A DNA stretch of 64,000 nucleotides, from the NCBI GenBank assembly GCA_041674225.1, contig JBAYWG010000001.1, forward strand, positions 326,273-390,272, written 5' to 3'. This stretch comes from Minisyncoccota bacterium. Its GTDB lineage: Bacteria; Patescibacteriota; Minisyncoccia; Phycocordibacterales; JAACPR01. The notes under the pieces were generated by a model. That model had not been told where the DNA came from, did not search any database, and was given only the letters and a program-made list of their open reading frames with translations. Of this stretch, positions 30,053 to 39,995 are shown in pieces. Position 1 is the first letter of the stretch. Every line of letters starts with the position of its first letter. The translations under genes were made by a program, and so were the position numbers.

Positions 30053-30460
30053 ATGCAAAGAACTGAAACTGATACGGAGATGGTTTTGAGAATTGCCAGG
30101 GAATATCTGGAAAAAGAACCTACAGCATTGGGAAATGCTGTGATGGCTTTCAACATCACTAATCAAGAAATTGAGAGATTTAAACTGAACCCCTCTTACC
30201 GAAACCTTCAATGGTTCGTCCGATTACACTCAAAGAAAATTGCAGTTGTCGAAAGAAGACTTCGAGTAGAACTTTGCGAAATTGCTCTCAAGGTTGGAGC
30301 CATATCTATAGGAAAATTTATTCCAACATCCGACGGACTCATAATGAAAAGTGCCAGCTCTGACGGTTTTTTACTGGCAGACAACCCAATCACTAAAGTT
30401 GTTGAGTTTGTAAATCCACTAAAAAAGGATTTCTTGAATCTGATCAGGTCAATAGCTTAG
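30053..30460 (+). CDS. Hypothetical protein
   Basis: ORF followed by a strong terminator. Confidence 0.4.
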   Translation: MQRTETDTEMVLRIAREYLEKEPTALGNAVMAFNITNQEIERFKLNPSYRNLQWFVRLHSKKIAVVERRLRVELCEIALKVGAISIGKFIPTSDGLIMKSASSDGFLLADNPITKVVEFVNPLKKDFLNLIRSIA

Positions 30461-30482
30461 GATTCTTTTTAAGAGCTGTTTC

Positions 30483-30512
30483 GGCCGGCGTCTGCGACGC
30501 CGGCCTTTTTAT
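30483..30512 (+). terminator. Rho-independent terminator
   Basis: GGCCGGCG-tctgcga-CGCCGGCC followed by TTTTT. Confidence 0.75.
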
Positions 30513-30537
30513 TTTCTTTTTTGATAGAATCAATCTA

Positions 30538-31023
30538 ATGAAGATTATCGCTTTTGATCCCGGATATGAGAGGCTCGGAATTGCCATTTTAGAAAAAACA
30601 GAGCTCGGCAAAGATGTTGTGATTTTTTCTGAGTGCTTTAAAACGAGTGCAAAAGATTCGCATCCCGAAAGACTTGGGCAAATCGCAAATAAAGTTTTGG
30701 ATTTATTAAAAGAATTTTCTCCTGCACAAATGGCGATTGAAACTTTATTTTTTAGCAAAAACACAAAGACCGCAATGAAAGTGGCAGAATCTCGTGGAGT
30801 TTTGATGGCAATGTGTGCGAAAGAAGGTTTGCCCGTTAATGAATATTCTCCTCAAGCAATAAAAGTGGCAGTTACCGGTTCTGGAAGCAGTGATAAATCT
30901 CAAGTTTTAAAAATGGTTAGCTTGATAACAAAGATAGATTTATCTAATAAAATTGATGATGAAATCGACGCAATCGCGGTTGGATTAACCTGTTTAGCAA
31001 CACTTCGAAATATCCACAGGTAA
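30538..31023 (+). CDS. ruvC: Crossover junction endodeoxyribonuclease RuvC
   Basis: MKIIAFDPGYERLGIAIL (catalytic Asp near start), ...DAIAVGL C-terminal motif, about 160 aa. Confidence 0.85.
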   Translation: MKIIAFDPGYERLGIAILEKTELGKDVVIFSECFKTSAKDSHPERLGQIANKVLDLLKEFSPAQMAIETLFFSKNTKTAMKVAESRGVLMAMCAKEGLPVNEYSPQAIKVAVTGSGSSDKSQVLKMVSLITKIDLSNKIDDEIDAIAVGLTCLATLRNIHR

Positions 31024-31085
31024 AAAGACTTGATTTAACTTTTGGTTATGTTAAATAATATGTCATTAAAATAAAATTCAAAAAA

Positions 31086-31313
31086 ATGAGCGACGAATTG
31101 GAAATAGATTTGGAGTTACCAGAAGTTCCGGAAGACGATGAGCTTGCGGAGTTGGACGATCTTCTTGGTGGAGAATTGGATGATGATATTCTAGGGGTCG
31201 CCGCTGTAGATGAAGAGGAGGAAGATGATGACGAGGATGATGAAGACGACGAGGAAGAAGACGAGGATGCAGATCTTTATGACGACGTAGAACCAGAAGA
31301 CGGGTTCTACTAA
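31086..31313 (+). CDS. Highly acidic (Asp/Glu-rich) small protein, hypothetical
   Basis: 75 aa, more than 50% D/E. Confidence 0.35.
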   Translation: MSDELEIDLELPEVPEDDELAELDDLLGGELDDDILGVAAVDEEEEDDDEDDEDDEEEDEDADLYDDVEPEDGFY

Positions 31314-31366
31314 AAATAAATATTTAAAAACAAAAAGGACTCGTATTACATAAGAGTCCTTTTTGT

Positions 31367-32593
31367 TTAAGAGAGTATCTCAATCTTCACAAACCTTCGC
31401 TTACCGATTTTATAAGTTTCATTTTCCACTAAAGCATTCGGGTCCTTAATTTGAGTCCCGTCTGCTTTTTTAATTCCCCCACCATCGATAAGTCTTCGAA
31501 ACTCTCCTCGCGATTCAACAATTTTATTTTCTACCAAAACATCAATCAAACCCTGATTATCCTTTGCTTTTAAAATCTGCAGATCTTCTGGCACTCCACC
31601 TTTTGAAAAAGTCTCCACCCAGTTTTTCTCTGCATCTTCTGCAGCTTTTTTATCATGATAAATAGCCACAATCTCTCTCGCCAGTCTCATCTTAGCTTCT
31701 TTAGGATTTTCTGAAATTAATTTATCTAAATCCAAAATTTCTTCATCACTTAACCAAGTTCCATCAATAAACAAAGATTTAATAACTTCATCTGGCAGTG
31801 CCATAATTTTTCCGTACATATTTTTTGAATCGTCTTGCAGAGAAACATAACCACCCTCGCTCTTGCTCATTAATTTCTTTCCAGTTACAGGATTTTGCAA
31901 AAGAGTTGTCGCCACTACAAACTTATTTTTTCCTGTTAAGTTTTTTTGCAAAGTTCTTCCAGCCAGCATATTAAAAGTTTGATCGTTTCCACCAAGCTCA
32001 ATATCAACATCCAAAACAACAGAGTCATATCCGACCATCAAAGGATACATAAATTCATGTACATACACAGGCTTCCCTTCTTTTATTCTCTTGTCGAACA
32101 TGTCTCTCTCAATCATTTGTTGCACGGTAAAGTTTGAAGCGAGATCAACAACTTTTTCAAAAGTTAAAGTTGAAAGCCATTTACTATTTTTTTCAAAAGT
32201 AACTGGATTTTTTTTGTCATCAACTTTTAAAACTTTACTGATTTGTTTCTTCCAAGTTTTAATATTTTCTTCAACCTCTTCTCTTGAAAGGCGAACTCGC
32301 GTAGCGTCTTTATCACTCGGATCACCAATCATCGCTGTAAAATCTCCAAACAAAATAACAATTTCATGTCCAAGTTGTCTCATTCTTTCTAAAAAGAAAA
32401 AATTCGTAGCGTGCCCTAAGTGCAAGTCTGGCCCAGTGGCGTCAGCTCCAATATAAATCTTCAGTCTTCTCCCAGACATAAATTCTTTTTTCAAATCTTC
32501 TTTTGATGGCAGAATTGTAGAAATACTTCTCGAGAGCAAAACATCGATTTTTGATTCATCTGTCACCACTTCAAATTTTTTATTGAAAAACAT
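31367..32593 (-). CDS. tyrS: Tyrosine--tRNA ligase
   Basis: HLGH (HIGH) motif, KLMSKS (KMSKS) motif, C-terminal S4-like domain. Confidence 0.9.
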   Translation of the reverse strand: MFFNKKFEVVTDESKIDVLLSRSISTILPSKEDLKKEFMSGRRLKIYIGADATGPDLHLGHATNFFFLERMRQLGHEIVILFGDFTAMIGDPSDKDATRVRLSREEVEENIKTWKKQISKVLKVDDKKNPVTFEKNSKWLSTLTFEKVVDLASNFTVQQMIERDMFDKRIKEGKPVYVHEFMYPLMVGYDSVVLDVDIELGGNDQTFNMLAGRTLQKNLTGKNKFVVATTLLQNPVTGKKLMSKSEGGYVSLQDDSKNMYGKIMALPDEVIKSLFIDGTWLSDEEILDLDKLISENPKEAKMRLAREIVAIYHDKKAAEDAEKNWVETFSKGGVPEDLQILKAKDNQGLIDVLVENKIVESRGEFRRLIDGGGIKKADGTQIKDPNALVENETYKIGKRRFVKIEILS

Positions 32594-32712
32594 AAATCGA
32601 TTCTATCATTTTATTTGAATACTTTAAAAGTATGCCGCAGCCTCACCCTTCATCATTGATTATTGACACCTTTAAAACATAGTTGTATTCTCACTTTTAA
32701 AAGTACAAAACA

Positions 32713-33012
32713 ATGAAAAGACTAGTAGGACAAAGAGAAGAGGTGGACCCTGGAATGAAAGGGGCGATGGTACTACTTTCGTATTTCATTATCGACGTAC
32801 CACCACCTCCAACCCAAATCATGTTCCACAAGACTTGTGCAGTCTGCAAAGTTCCAATCATTCTTACTCTTACAGAAGAAGTTGAGACTGGTGAAATATG
32901 GGCGGAAGGTCCAGACAATTGTAGTAACTGCAATCACCAAATTTCAGATCCGAAGTCAGAGCACAAAATGATGTCTCAAGAACAAATCAAATCCCTTTTT
33001 GGGAAATACTGA
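32713..33012 (+). CDS. Small zinc-ribbon protein, hypothetical
   Basis: CAVCKVP...CSNCNHQ Cys pairs. Possible sigma70-like promoter upstream (TTGACA, 17 nt spacer, TATTCT at about 32653..32681). Confidence 0.4.
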   Translation: MKRLVGQREEVDPGMKGAMVLLSYFIIDVPPPPTQIMFHKTCAVCKVPIILTLTEEVETGEIWAEGPDNCSNCNHQISDPKSEHKMMSQEQIKSLFGKY

Positions 33013-33106
33013 CACAAGAGAGAAACCTCTGTCTAACCTCAATAAATATATTGAGGTTTTTATTTTATTGACTCTAACAACCATAAATTGTATATTCCAC
33101 GCACAA

Positions 33107-35626
33107 ATGAAGAAAATAAATTTCAAAAGATTGTATAATAGATACATTAAAAATAATTTACCAACTCGCAAAGAAACGGAAGATTTTTTGAATTGGGGTG
33201 GTGAAAAAACAAATCAAATGATAAATACAATCGTAAAAAAATCCCGAAAAGCCATCGCATATATCAAAAAAATGGGCTGGAAAAAGATAGTCCTAGCCTG
33301 CCTTTTGTTTTTATTTCTATTCGCAGGCTCTGTCGCAATCTGGGTAGCAACATTTGAGATGCCAGACCTAGACAACTTTGCCGAAAGAAAAGTTGTTCAA
33401 TCTACAAAAATCTTCGATAGAACTGGCCGAGTAATCCTTTTCGACGTTCACGGAGAAGTAACTCGAACAGTTGTAACGCTCGACAAAATCAACGATTACG
33501 CAGAAAAAGCCTCTATTGCAATCGAAGACTCAAACTTCTACAACCACAACGGAGTTGAACCAAAAGCCATCTTCCGGGCAATTCTAACAAACCTAAAAGA
33601 CGGAAATCTTTTCAGCGGACAAGGAGGTTCAACAATCACCCAGCAAGTTCTAAAAAACGCTCTTCTTACATCTGATAAAAAAATCTCACGAAAATTGAAA
33701 GAATGGGTTCTTGCACCAAGACTAGAAGCTCAACTTTCAAAAGATCAGATTCTTGAAATTTACTTAAACGAAATTCCATATGGAGGAACTGTTTATGGAA
33801 TCCAAGAAGCATCTCGAAGATTCTTTGGAAAAGATGCTATCGATTTAACCCTTGCAGAATCTGCATATCTAGCCGCTCTTCCCCAAGCACCGACATATTT
33901 TTCTCCATACGGAAAAAACCTAGAGGCGCTTGAATCTAGAAAAAATAAAGTTCTGAGCGAAATGTTAAAGAATGATTTCATTTCACAAGAAGAATACGAT
34001 TCAGCAATGAAAGAAGAAGTGTCTTTCCAAAAAATAGAAAACTTTGGGATCAAAGCACCTCACTTTGTTTTTTGGATAATAGAACAACTTGAAGAAAAAT
34101 ATGGAGCAGAAGCCGTTGAACAAGGAGGACTGAAAGTTGTTACAACACTAGATTGGGAACTTCAAGAAAAAGCAGAAGAGATTGTAAAAAAACACGCTCT
34201 AGAAAACGCAACTCGATACAATGCAGAAAATGCATCAATCGTAGCAACAGACCCAAAGACAGGAGAGGTTCTGGTGATGGTTGGTTCTCGAGATTATTTT
34301 GATGAAGAAATTGATGGAAACTTCAACATTGCAACAACAGAGCGACAGCCTGGGTCTGCTTTCAAGCCTTTTGTTTATGCAGAAGCTTTCAATAAAGGTT
34401 ACCGTCCAGAAACTGTAGTGTTTGATGTTCCAACAGAATTTTCTACAACATGTGCAAGTGGAGGAAATTGTTACAATCCACAAAACTACGACAATGTTTT
34501 CAGAGGCCCCATGTCTCTGCGAGATGCTCTAGCTCAATCTGTAAACATTCCTGCTGTAAAAGTTCTTTACCTTGCAGGAATTCAAGATTCATTAAACCTA
34601 GCTAAAAAAATGGGAATCGAAACTCTAACAAACGTTGATCAATATGGATTAACTCTTGTTCTAGGAGGAGGAGAAGTGCGTCCACTCGACATGGCCACAG
34701 CTTACGGAGTTTTTGCAAATGATGGAATCAAAGCAAAGACACAAGGAATTCTGACAGTACAAGACAGAAAAGGAAAAGAGCTAGAAAAATTTGAAGAAGA
34801 AAAAGAAAGAGTTCTCCCAGAACAAACTGCTCGACTTATCTCTAGTGTACTTTCAGACAACGCTGCGCGAACACCAGCCTTTGGTTCAAGCTCATATTTA
34901 AATATTCCAGGAGTAGCTGTGAAAACAGGAACAACAAACGATTACCGAGACGCTTGGATTGTGGGATACACCCCGGAAATTTCTCTAGCAGCGTGGGCTG
35001 GTAACAACGACAACAGCTCAATGGAAAAAAGAGTTGCTGGATTTATCGTAGCCCCAATGTGGAATGAGTTTATGCAATTTGCAATAAGTAAAAAACCCCC
35101 AACATCATTCTCTTCACCAGACGGAATAACAGAAGGAATTAAACCAATCATCGCCGGAAACTGGCAATACACAAACGACGGAATAATTCACACAATTTTG
35201 CACTGGGTAGACAGAAACAATCCTCTTGGAGGCGAACCTAGAAATCCAGGGGCAGATTCTCAATATTGGTTATGGGAAAACGCAGTTAGAGCATGGCAAG
35301 GAAATGTTCCCTTGGTGGACACAAATACTCCTGACTCTTCTAAACCAAGTCTTCAAATAATTAACCCCTTAAACGGTGATGTCTTTCTAGAAGACACAGA
35401 AGTCTATGTAGCAATTCAATTAAACAACACCTCAATTCCGCTAAAAGAAGGTACTGTTAAAATCAATGGAGTTCAAGAAGGTAAAATAGATATAAATACA
35501 AAATCTTTCTCATTCTTTCCAGACAAAATCGACAAAATGAAAAAATCTGGCAACAAGCTTGAGGTAGAAGTTGAAGATACTGAAGGAAATAGATATCAAG
35601 ACTCAATAACTTTTGGAACAAACTAA
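33107..35626 (+). CDS. Class A penicillin-binding protein (bifunctional transglycosylase/transpeptidase, PBP1A-like)
   Basis: GT51 motifs (EDSNFYNHNGV, GGSTITQQ); transpeptidase SAFKP (SxxK) and KTGTT motifs. Start set at MKKINF (the track ORF begins at 32999). Confidence 0.85.
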   Translation: MKKINFKRLYNRYIKNNLPTRKETEDFLNWGGEKTNQMINTIVKKSRKAIAYIKKMGWKKIVLACLLFLFLFAGSVAIWVATFEMPDLDNFAERKVVQSTKIFDRTGRVILFDVHGEVTRTVVTLDKINDYAEKASIAIEDSNFYNHNGVEPKAIFRAILTNLKDGNLFSGQGGSTITQQVLKNALLTSDKKISRKLKEWVLAPRLEAQLSKDQILEIYLNEIPYGGTVYGIQEASRRFFGKDAIDLTLAESAYLAALPQAPTYFSPYGKNLEALESRKNKVLSEMLKNDFISQEEYDSAMKEEVSFQKIENFGIKAPHFVFWIIEQLEEKYGAEAVEQGGLKVVTTLDWELQEKAEEIVKKHALENATRYNAENASIVATDPKTGEVLVMVGSRDYFDEEIDGNFNIATTERQPGSAFKPFVYAEAFNKGYRPETVVFDVPTEFSTTCASGGNCYNPQNYDNVFRGPMSLRDALAQSVNIPAVKVLYLAGIQDSLNLAKKMGIETLTNVDQYGLTLVLGGGEVRPLDMATAYGVFANDGIKAKTQGILTVQDRKGKELEKFEEEKERVLPEQTARLISSVLSDNAARTPAFGSSSYLNIPGVAVKTGTTNDYRDAWIVGYTPEISLAAWAGNNDNSSMEKRVAGFIVAPMWNEFMQFAISKKPPTSFSSPDGITEGIKPIIAGNWQYTNDGIIHTILHWVDRNNPLGGEPRNPGADSQYWLWENAVRAWQGNVPLVDTNTPDSSKPSLQIINPLNGDVFLEDTEVYVAIQLNNTSIPLKEGTVKINGVQEGKIDINTKSFSFFPDKIDKMKKSGNKLEVEVEDTEGNRYQDSITFGTN

Positions 35627-35627
35627 A

Positions 35628-35867
35628 TTAACGAATCGTTTTTATATCGTTAATTTTGTTTTCAATAATATTTCTTTTCATAAAAAGTTCGGCTTTTGCT
35701 GCACCACTCACAGAAATATTAACTGTCATATCTCGAATTGAAATTAATTCTTTATCCAACTCTAAACCAGTTTCTTCTTTTACCACTTCAATAATTTTCA
35801 ACTTCAGATCTCGCTCTTTAAATCCAAAATTTTCGTACTTTTTTAGGTATAAGCTAATCTGATCCAT
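35628..35867 (-). CDS. Hypothetical small protein
   Basis: ORF only. Confidence 0.35.
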   Translation of the reverse strand: MDQISLYLKKYENFGFKERDLKLKIIEVVKEETGLELDKELISIRDMTVNISVSGAAKAELFMKRNIIENKINDIKTIR

Positions 35868-35899
35868 GATTTTGTTTTAAAATTCACCAGTAAGCAATT

Positions 35900-37000
35900 T
35901 TAGCGATTTAAAGGCATCACTAAATACATAAAGCTCTGATCATTTACACCACGCATTACCATTGGTCTATTCGCGCCATTAAACATCAGAATCAAACTAT
36001 CTGAATTAATTGAACTAAAAGAATCTCCTAGGTATTTGTGATTGAAACTAATCTCAATAGAATCCCCTCGAAGTGTCGCTTCGATGTTGTTTTTGTTTTC
36101 ACCTTTATCTACGTTTTTAGAAGCAACCTCAAAAACTCCATCCTCTGGACGAATAGTCATGTGAACTTGATTAAATTTATCTGAGAAAATATTTGAAAGT
36201 TTTAGTGCCTGAATTAAGTCTTGTTTTAACACAACAACCTCTGTTGTATTTTCTTTGGGGATAATTTGTTTATAGTCTGGAAAGTTTCCATCAACAATTC
36301 TTGAAACTAAATAAAGTCCATCATAAACAAAAGCGATTTGTCCTTCATCAAAAAGAATTTCTATATCTCCAACAATCCCATCAAAAATTCTAATAATTTC
36401 TGAAACGTTTCTAAACGGAACCAAAACACTTTCGAAAGTGTCAATTTCTTTTACATCAATTCTTTTTTCTGCCAATCGAAAAGAATCCGTAGCCACAAAC
36501 ATTAAACTAGAATCTTTTGGATAAAGATAAACACTGGCAAGTTCTGGTTTCATACTCGAAACAGACGCGCTGTACCAAACAGATTTCAAACCATGAATCA
36601 GAGAGTGTGCTGAGATTTTACAACTCTTATCAGTTTCAACTTTTGGAATACTTGGGAAGTCATCGTGTGGAAGAGTTTTTACAGTTGCTTCACTTTTGCT
36701 TGATGTTAGAAGAATATTTTTATTAACAATTTCAATTGTGATATTTTCATCTCCTGAAATATTTGAAAGGTATTGCAAAAAGAGTGCTCCAGGAACAGCT
36801 ACAATTCCCTCTTGTTCCACCTTCACAGGAATAGTAGCTTCAATTCCCAAATCTAAATTTGTAGATCTCACAACCAAATGATTTTGTTTTGTCTCAAGAA
36901 CAACACACGAAAGAACTGGAAGTGTTGAATTCTTTCCAGATATTTTTTCAGCTTTCGAAATTAGATTCTGAAGCTTTTCTTTTGAGCAGATAAATTTCAT
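35900..37000 (-). CDS. dnaN: DNA polymerase III beta subunit (sliding clamp)
   Basis: 366 aa, MKFICSKEKLQNLISKAE...TLPVLSCVVLE N-terminus; immediately downstream of dnaA. Confidence 0.9.
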   Translation of the reverse strand: MKFICSKEKLQNLISKAEKISGKNSTLPVLSCVVLETKQNHLVVRSTNLDLGIEATIPVKVEQEGIVAVPGALFLQYLSNISGDENITIEIVNKNILLTSSKSEATVKTLPHDDFPSIPKVETDKSCKISAHSLIHGLKSVWYSASVSSMKPELASVYLYPKDSSLMFVATDSFRLAEKRIDVKEIDTFESVLVPFRNVSEIIRIFDGIVGDIEILFDEGQIAFVYDGLYLVSRIVDGNFPDYKQIIPKENTTEVVVLKQDLIQALKLSNIFSDKFNQVHMTIRPEDGVFEVASKNVDKGENKNNIEATLRGDSIEISFNHKYLGDSFSSINSDSLILMFNGANRPMVMRGVNDQSFMYLVMPLNR

Positions 37001-37272
37001 TTAATTGTTTATTAGTTTTTTAATTTAAAGATTTATTATTACTATTAGTCCTGTGGAAAAGTGGATAAGTCTAAAATAATTTGTTTATTTAAGGCTCTTT
37101 TGTAATTTTGATTTATAAAAACTTGTGGAAAGTTTTTGATAAGTTGTTTACAAATGTGAAGAACTTTTTTATACCCTCTACTTATCCTTTTTAATCCCCA
37201 ACTCAACCCCTCGTTAATCCAACACTAATCCCAAACAAATTCACAGACATGCTAACAGTTTATACACAGTTT
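37001..37272. promoter_or_regulatory. oriC candidate region 1 (dnaN-dnaA intergenic): AT-rich unwinding stretch plus several DnaA boxes
   Basis: AT-rich run 37001..37050; DnaA-box-like 9-mers (consensus TTATNCACA) TGTGGAAAA and GTGGATAAG at about 37052..37070, TGTGGAAAG at about 37133, TTATACACA at about 37250. Confidence 0.6.
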
Positions 37273-38631
37273 TTATAGCATGGCGCGAATTTGTGAGATT
37301 TGTTGAACGAGGTTTTGATCAGTTTTTAGATCATTTTTTATTTTTTCACAAGAATGTATAACAGTGGTGTGGTCTCTTCCTCCGAGCTTATCCCCTATTG
37401 TTGGGTACGATGTGCTGAAGTCTTCTCTCAGAATGTACATGGTGATTTGTCTTGGTCTTACAACTTCTTTTTTTCTGGTTTTATCACAAATAGCGTCTGG
37501 ATCAATGTTGTAGAAATCAGCAACAAGTTTTATCAAGTCTTTGATAGAAACCATCTTCTTTGGGCGTGCACTGTTTTTTACCAGGTCTTTTACATCGTTT
37601 AGATTAAGTTCTCTGTTCTTTAGTTGAGATTGGCAAGCTATTGAATTGATTACCCCTTCTAATTCTCGAATGTTTCCATCAATTGTTGTTGAAAGGAAAT
37701 CACAAATTTCAGCCGAGATGCAGATGTTGTTTTGCTTCGCTTTTGTTTGAAGAATTGAAATTCTTGATTCTGAATCCGGCTTAGGAATATCTACAATCAT
37801 TCCTTGGTTGAATCTCGACTTCAATCTTTCTTCTAAACCAGGAATAAAGTTTGGATGCATATCTGATGAAAAAACAATTTGTTTGTTGTTGTCATAAAGA
37901 GTGTTGAACAAATGAAAAAGTTCTTCTTGAGTTTTTTCCATCTTTGAAAGGAATTGAATATCGTCCATTATCAACACATCGTATTTTCGATATTTATCTT
38001 TAAACACAGTCATTTTATTTTGTTGAATAGCAGCAACGTATTCAGACGCAAATTTTTCTGAAGTTAGATAAAAAACTTTTTTATCTCTTTGATTTTCTTT
38101 TATTTTATTTCCGATTGCTTGTATTAAGTGAGTTTTTCCGTGTCCTGTATTTCCATAAATAAATAATGGGTTGTAAACAATTCCCGGTTGTCGAACAATC
38201 GCTTGTGAAGCTGCGTGTGCAAGTTCGTTGAATGATCCAATAATAAAAGAATCAAAAGTATATCGAGGATTTAAATTGTCATCTTTGTTTATGTAATAAT
38301 CCGCAAGAGGAAGTTCTTGAGTTTCTTTTTGTTCTCTCTTCACAAACTTTTCTTTTTGAGCGCGGATCTTTTCGATGTTTGCAACTGTGAATGAAACAGA
38401 TTTTATTTCATCATTTTGATCGCGCAAAGATTTTAGGATTGTTTTTGAAAACTTATTGCTCAACCAATCTTTCACAAAAGTATTTGGTACGCCCACAACC
38501 GCCTCCCCATCGTTTAGTTTTATTAAAAATGTATCTTTAAACCAAGTTGCAAAGTTTGCTTTTGAAACTAGTGTTTCAATTTCTGCCAGAGAAGTTTCCC
38601 ATAAATTTTTTGTGTCGTTGATTATTGTCAT
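37273..38631 (-). CDS. dnaA: Chromosomal replication initiator protein DnaA
   Basis: AAA+ GNTGHGKTHL, Walker B IMDDIQFL, C-terminal DNA-binding helix with basic loop motif (...SYPTIGDKLGGRDHTTVIHSCEKI). Start at MTIIND. Confidence 0.9.
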   Translation of the reverse strand: MTIINDTKNLWETSLAEIETLVSKANFATWFKDTFLIKLNDGEAVVGVPNTFVKDWLSNKFSKTILKSLRDQNDEIKSVSFTVANIEKIRAQKEKFVKREQKETQELPLADYYINKDDNLNPRYTFDSFIIGSFNELAHAASQAIVRQPGIVYNPLFIYGNTGHGKTHLIQAIGNKIKENQRDKKVFYLTSEKFASEYVAAIQQNKMTVFKDKYRKYDVLIMDDIQFLSKMEKTQEELFHLFNTLYDNNKQIVFSSDMHPNFIPGLEERLKSRFNQGMIVDIPKPDSESRISILQTKAKQNNICISAEICDFLSTTIDGNIRELEGVINSIACQSQLKNRELNLNDVKDLVKNSARPKKMVSIKDLIKLVADFYNIDPDAICDKTRKKEVVRPRQITMYILREDFSTSYPTIGDKLGGRDHTTVIHSCEKIKNDLKTDQNLVQQISQIRAML

Positions 38632-38749
38632 TTTGAAAAACTGTTGATAGCTTATTATATACACATGACAGAAATGAGAAACTTGTGAAATTCCCTTCTT
38701 TATGTTAAAAACTTGTTTACAAACTGTGAATAAGTATAAATAAAATTTT
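38632..38749. promoter_or_regulatory. oriC candidate region 2 (dnaA-rpmH divergent intergenic) with DnaA box
   Basis: TGTGAATAAG at about 38725 is the reverse complement of TTATTCACA, a perfect match to TTATNCACA; classic rpmH-dnaA divergent arrangement. Confidence 0.5.
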
Positions 38750-38884
38750 ATGTCAGTAACATATAACCCAAGTAATAAAAAAAGAAAGACAACACACGGA
38801 TTCCTTGTAAGAGGTAGAACTTCTGGTGGAAAGAACGTTTTAGCTAGACGACGAGCAAAAGGACGAGCAAAGCTTGCTGTTTAA
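38750..38884 (+). CDS. rpmH: 50S ribosomal protein L34
   Basis: Manual translation [44 protein letters not shown] (44 aa) matches the L34 family. Under 60 aa, so absent from the ORF track. Confidence 0.85.
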   Translation: MSVTYNPSNKKRKTTHGFLVRGRTSGGKNVLARRRAKGRAKLAV

Positions 38885-38888
38885 ATAA

Positions 38889-39206
38889 ATGCTTCCCAAA
38901 ACACAAAGGATCAATACCCAAAGATTCGGAGAAATTATGGCCTCTGGCAGGAATATTAACGCCGGAGGTTTTTATTTAAAGACTCTAAATAACGATTCTT
39001 TGAGGTTTGCTGTGGCAATTCCTAAAAAGGTGGTCAAAAGTGCCATTAAGAGGCATCTTCTAAAACGTCGTATATTCAACATTATTAAAGAAAACAAAGA
39101 CCTTTTCCCTGTGGCTGATTATATTGTTTTTACTAATAAAGAAGCTTTGGATTTAAATCGAGTTCAAATGGAAGAAGCTATTAAAATAGCAGCTCAAAAG
39201 GTATAA
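38889..39206 (+). CDS. rnpA: Ribonuclease P protein component
   Basis: 105 aa basic protein, LPKTQRI...FRFAVAIPKKV pattern; rpmH-rnpA-yidC synteny. Confidence 0.8.
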   Translation: MLPKTQRINTQRFGEIMASGRNINAGGFYLKTLNNDSLRFAVAIPKKVVKSAIKRHLLKRRIFNIIKENKDLFPVADYIVFTNKEALDLNRVQMEEAIKIAAQKV

Positions 39207-39215
39207 TAAAAAACT

Positions 39216-39995
39216 ATGAAAGAACTTTTTAATGACCTGTTTTTTATACCCCTTTACAATGTCCTAGTTTTCTTTATTGATATTATTCCTGGAGGAGATG
39301 TGGGGTTTGCGGTGATTGCCCTTACACTTATGGTGAAGTTTATTCTCTTCCCTCTTTCTAAATCAGCTGTACGAACTTCTATTAAAAGTCGAGAAATTCA
39401 ACCAGAACTAGAAGAACTAAAAACAAAATACAAAGATAATAGAGAGGAAATGGGTCGAGCAATGCTTGATTTGTACAAGAAGCACCAAATAAACCCTTTC
39501 TCTGGGATACTTCTTATTTTTATTCAATTGCCAGTTATTTTGGCTCTTTATTGGGTGGTATATAAAGGTGGTCTGCCAGCCATAAACACAGACATCCTTT
39601 ATTCTTTTATTAGTGCCCCTTTAAACGTCGACATGACCTTTCTTGGGGTATTTCACATTGCAGAATCAAAGAACATAACACTGGCGCTTTTGGCTGCTGT
39701 GACTCAACACATTCAAGCGCGATTATCTTTCCCAAAACAAGAAAAGAAAGAGAAAAAAGAATCAGACAAACCAGATTTCAAGGAAGATTTAATGAGAGGT
39801 ATGCAAATCCAAATCAAATGGGTTCTTCCTGTGATGGTGTTTGCTTTTTCTTATGGACTAATCGCGGTGGTTTCTTTGTATTGGACTATCTCAAACCTTT
39901 TTGCCATTGGACAAGAGATTTATATTCGGGAAACAATCAAAAAACCTGCTCAAAAACTTAAGGATCAATTAGATCTCGACGCTCCAAAGAGTTAA
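39216..39995 (+). CDS. yidC: Membrane protein insertase YidC (short form)
   Basis: 259 aa, 5 TM helices, conserved YidC/Oxa1 region (ILFPLSKSAVRTSIKSREIQPELEELKTKY...NPFSGILLIFIQLPV). Confidence 0.8.
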   Translation: MKELFNDLFFIPLYNVLVFFIDIIPGGDVGFAVIALTLMVKFILFPLSKSAVRTSIKSREIQPELEELKTKYKDNREEMGRAMLDLYKKHQINPFSGILLIFIQLPVILALYWVVYKGGLPAINTDILYSFISAPLNVDMTFLGVFHIAESKNITLALLAAVTQHIQARLSFPKQEKKEKKESDKPDFKEDLMRGMQIQIKWVLPVMVFAFSYGLIAVVSLYWTISNLFAIGQEIYIRETIKKPAQKLKDQLDLDAPKS

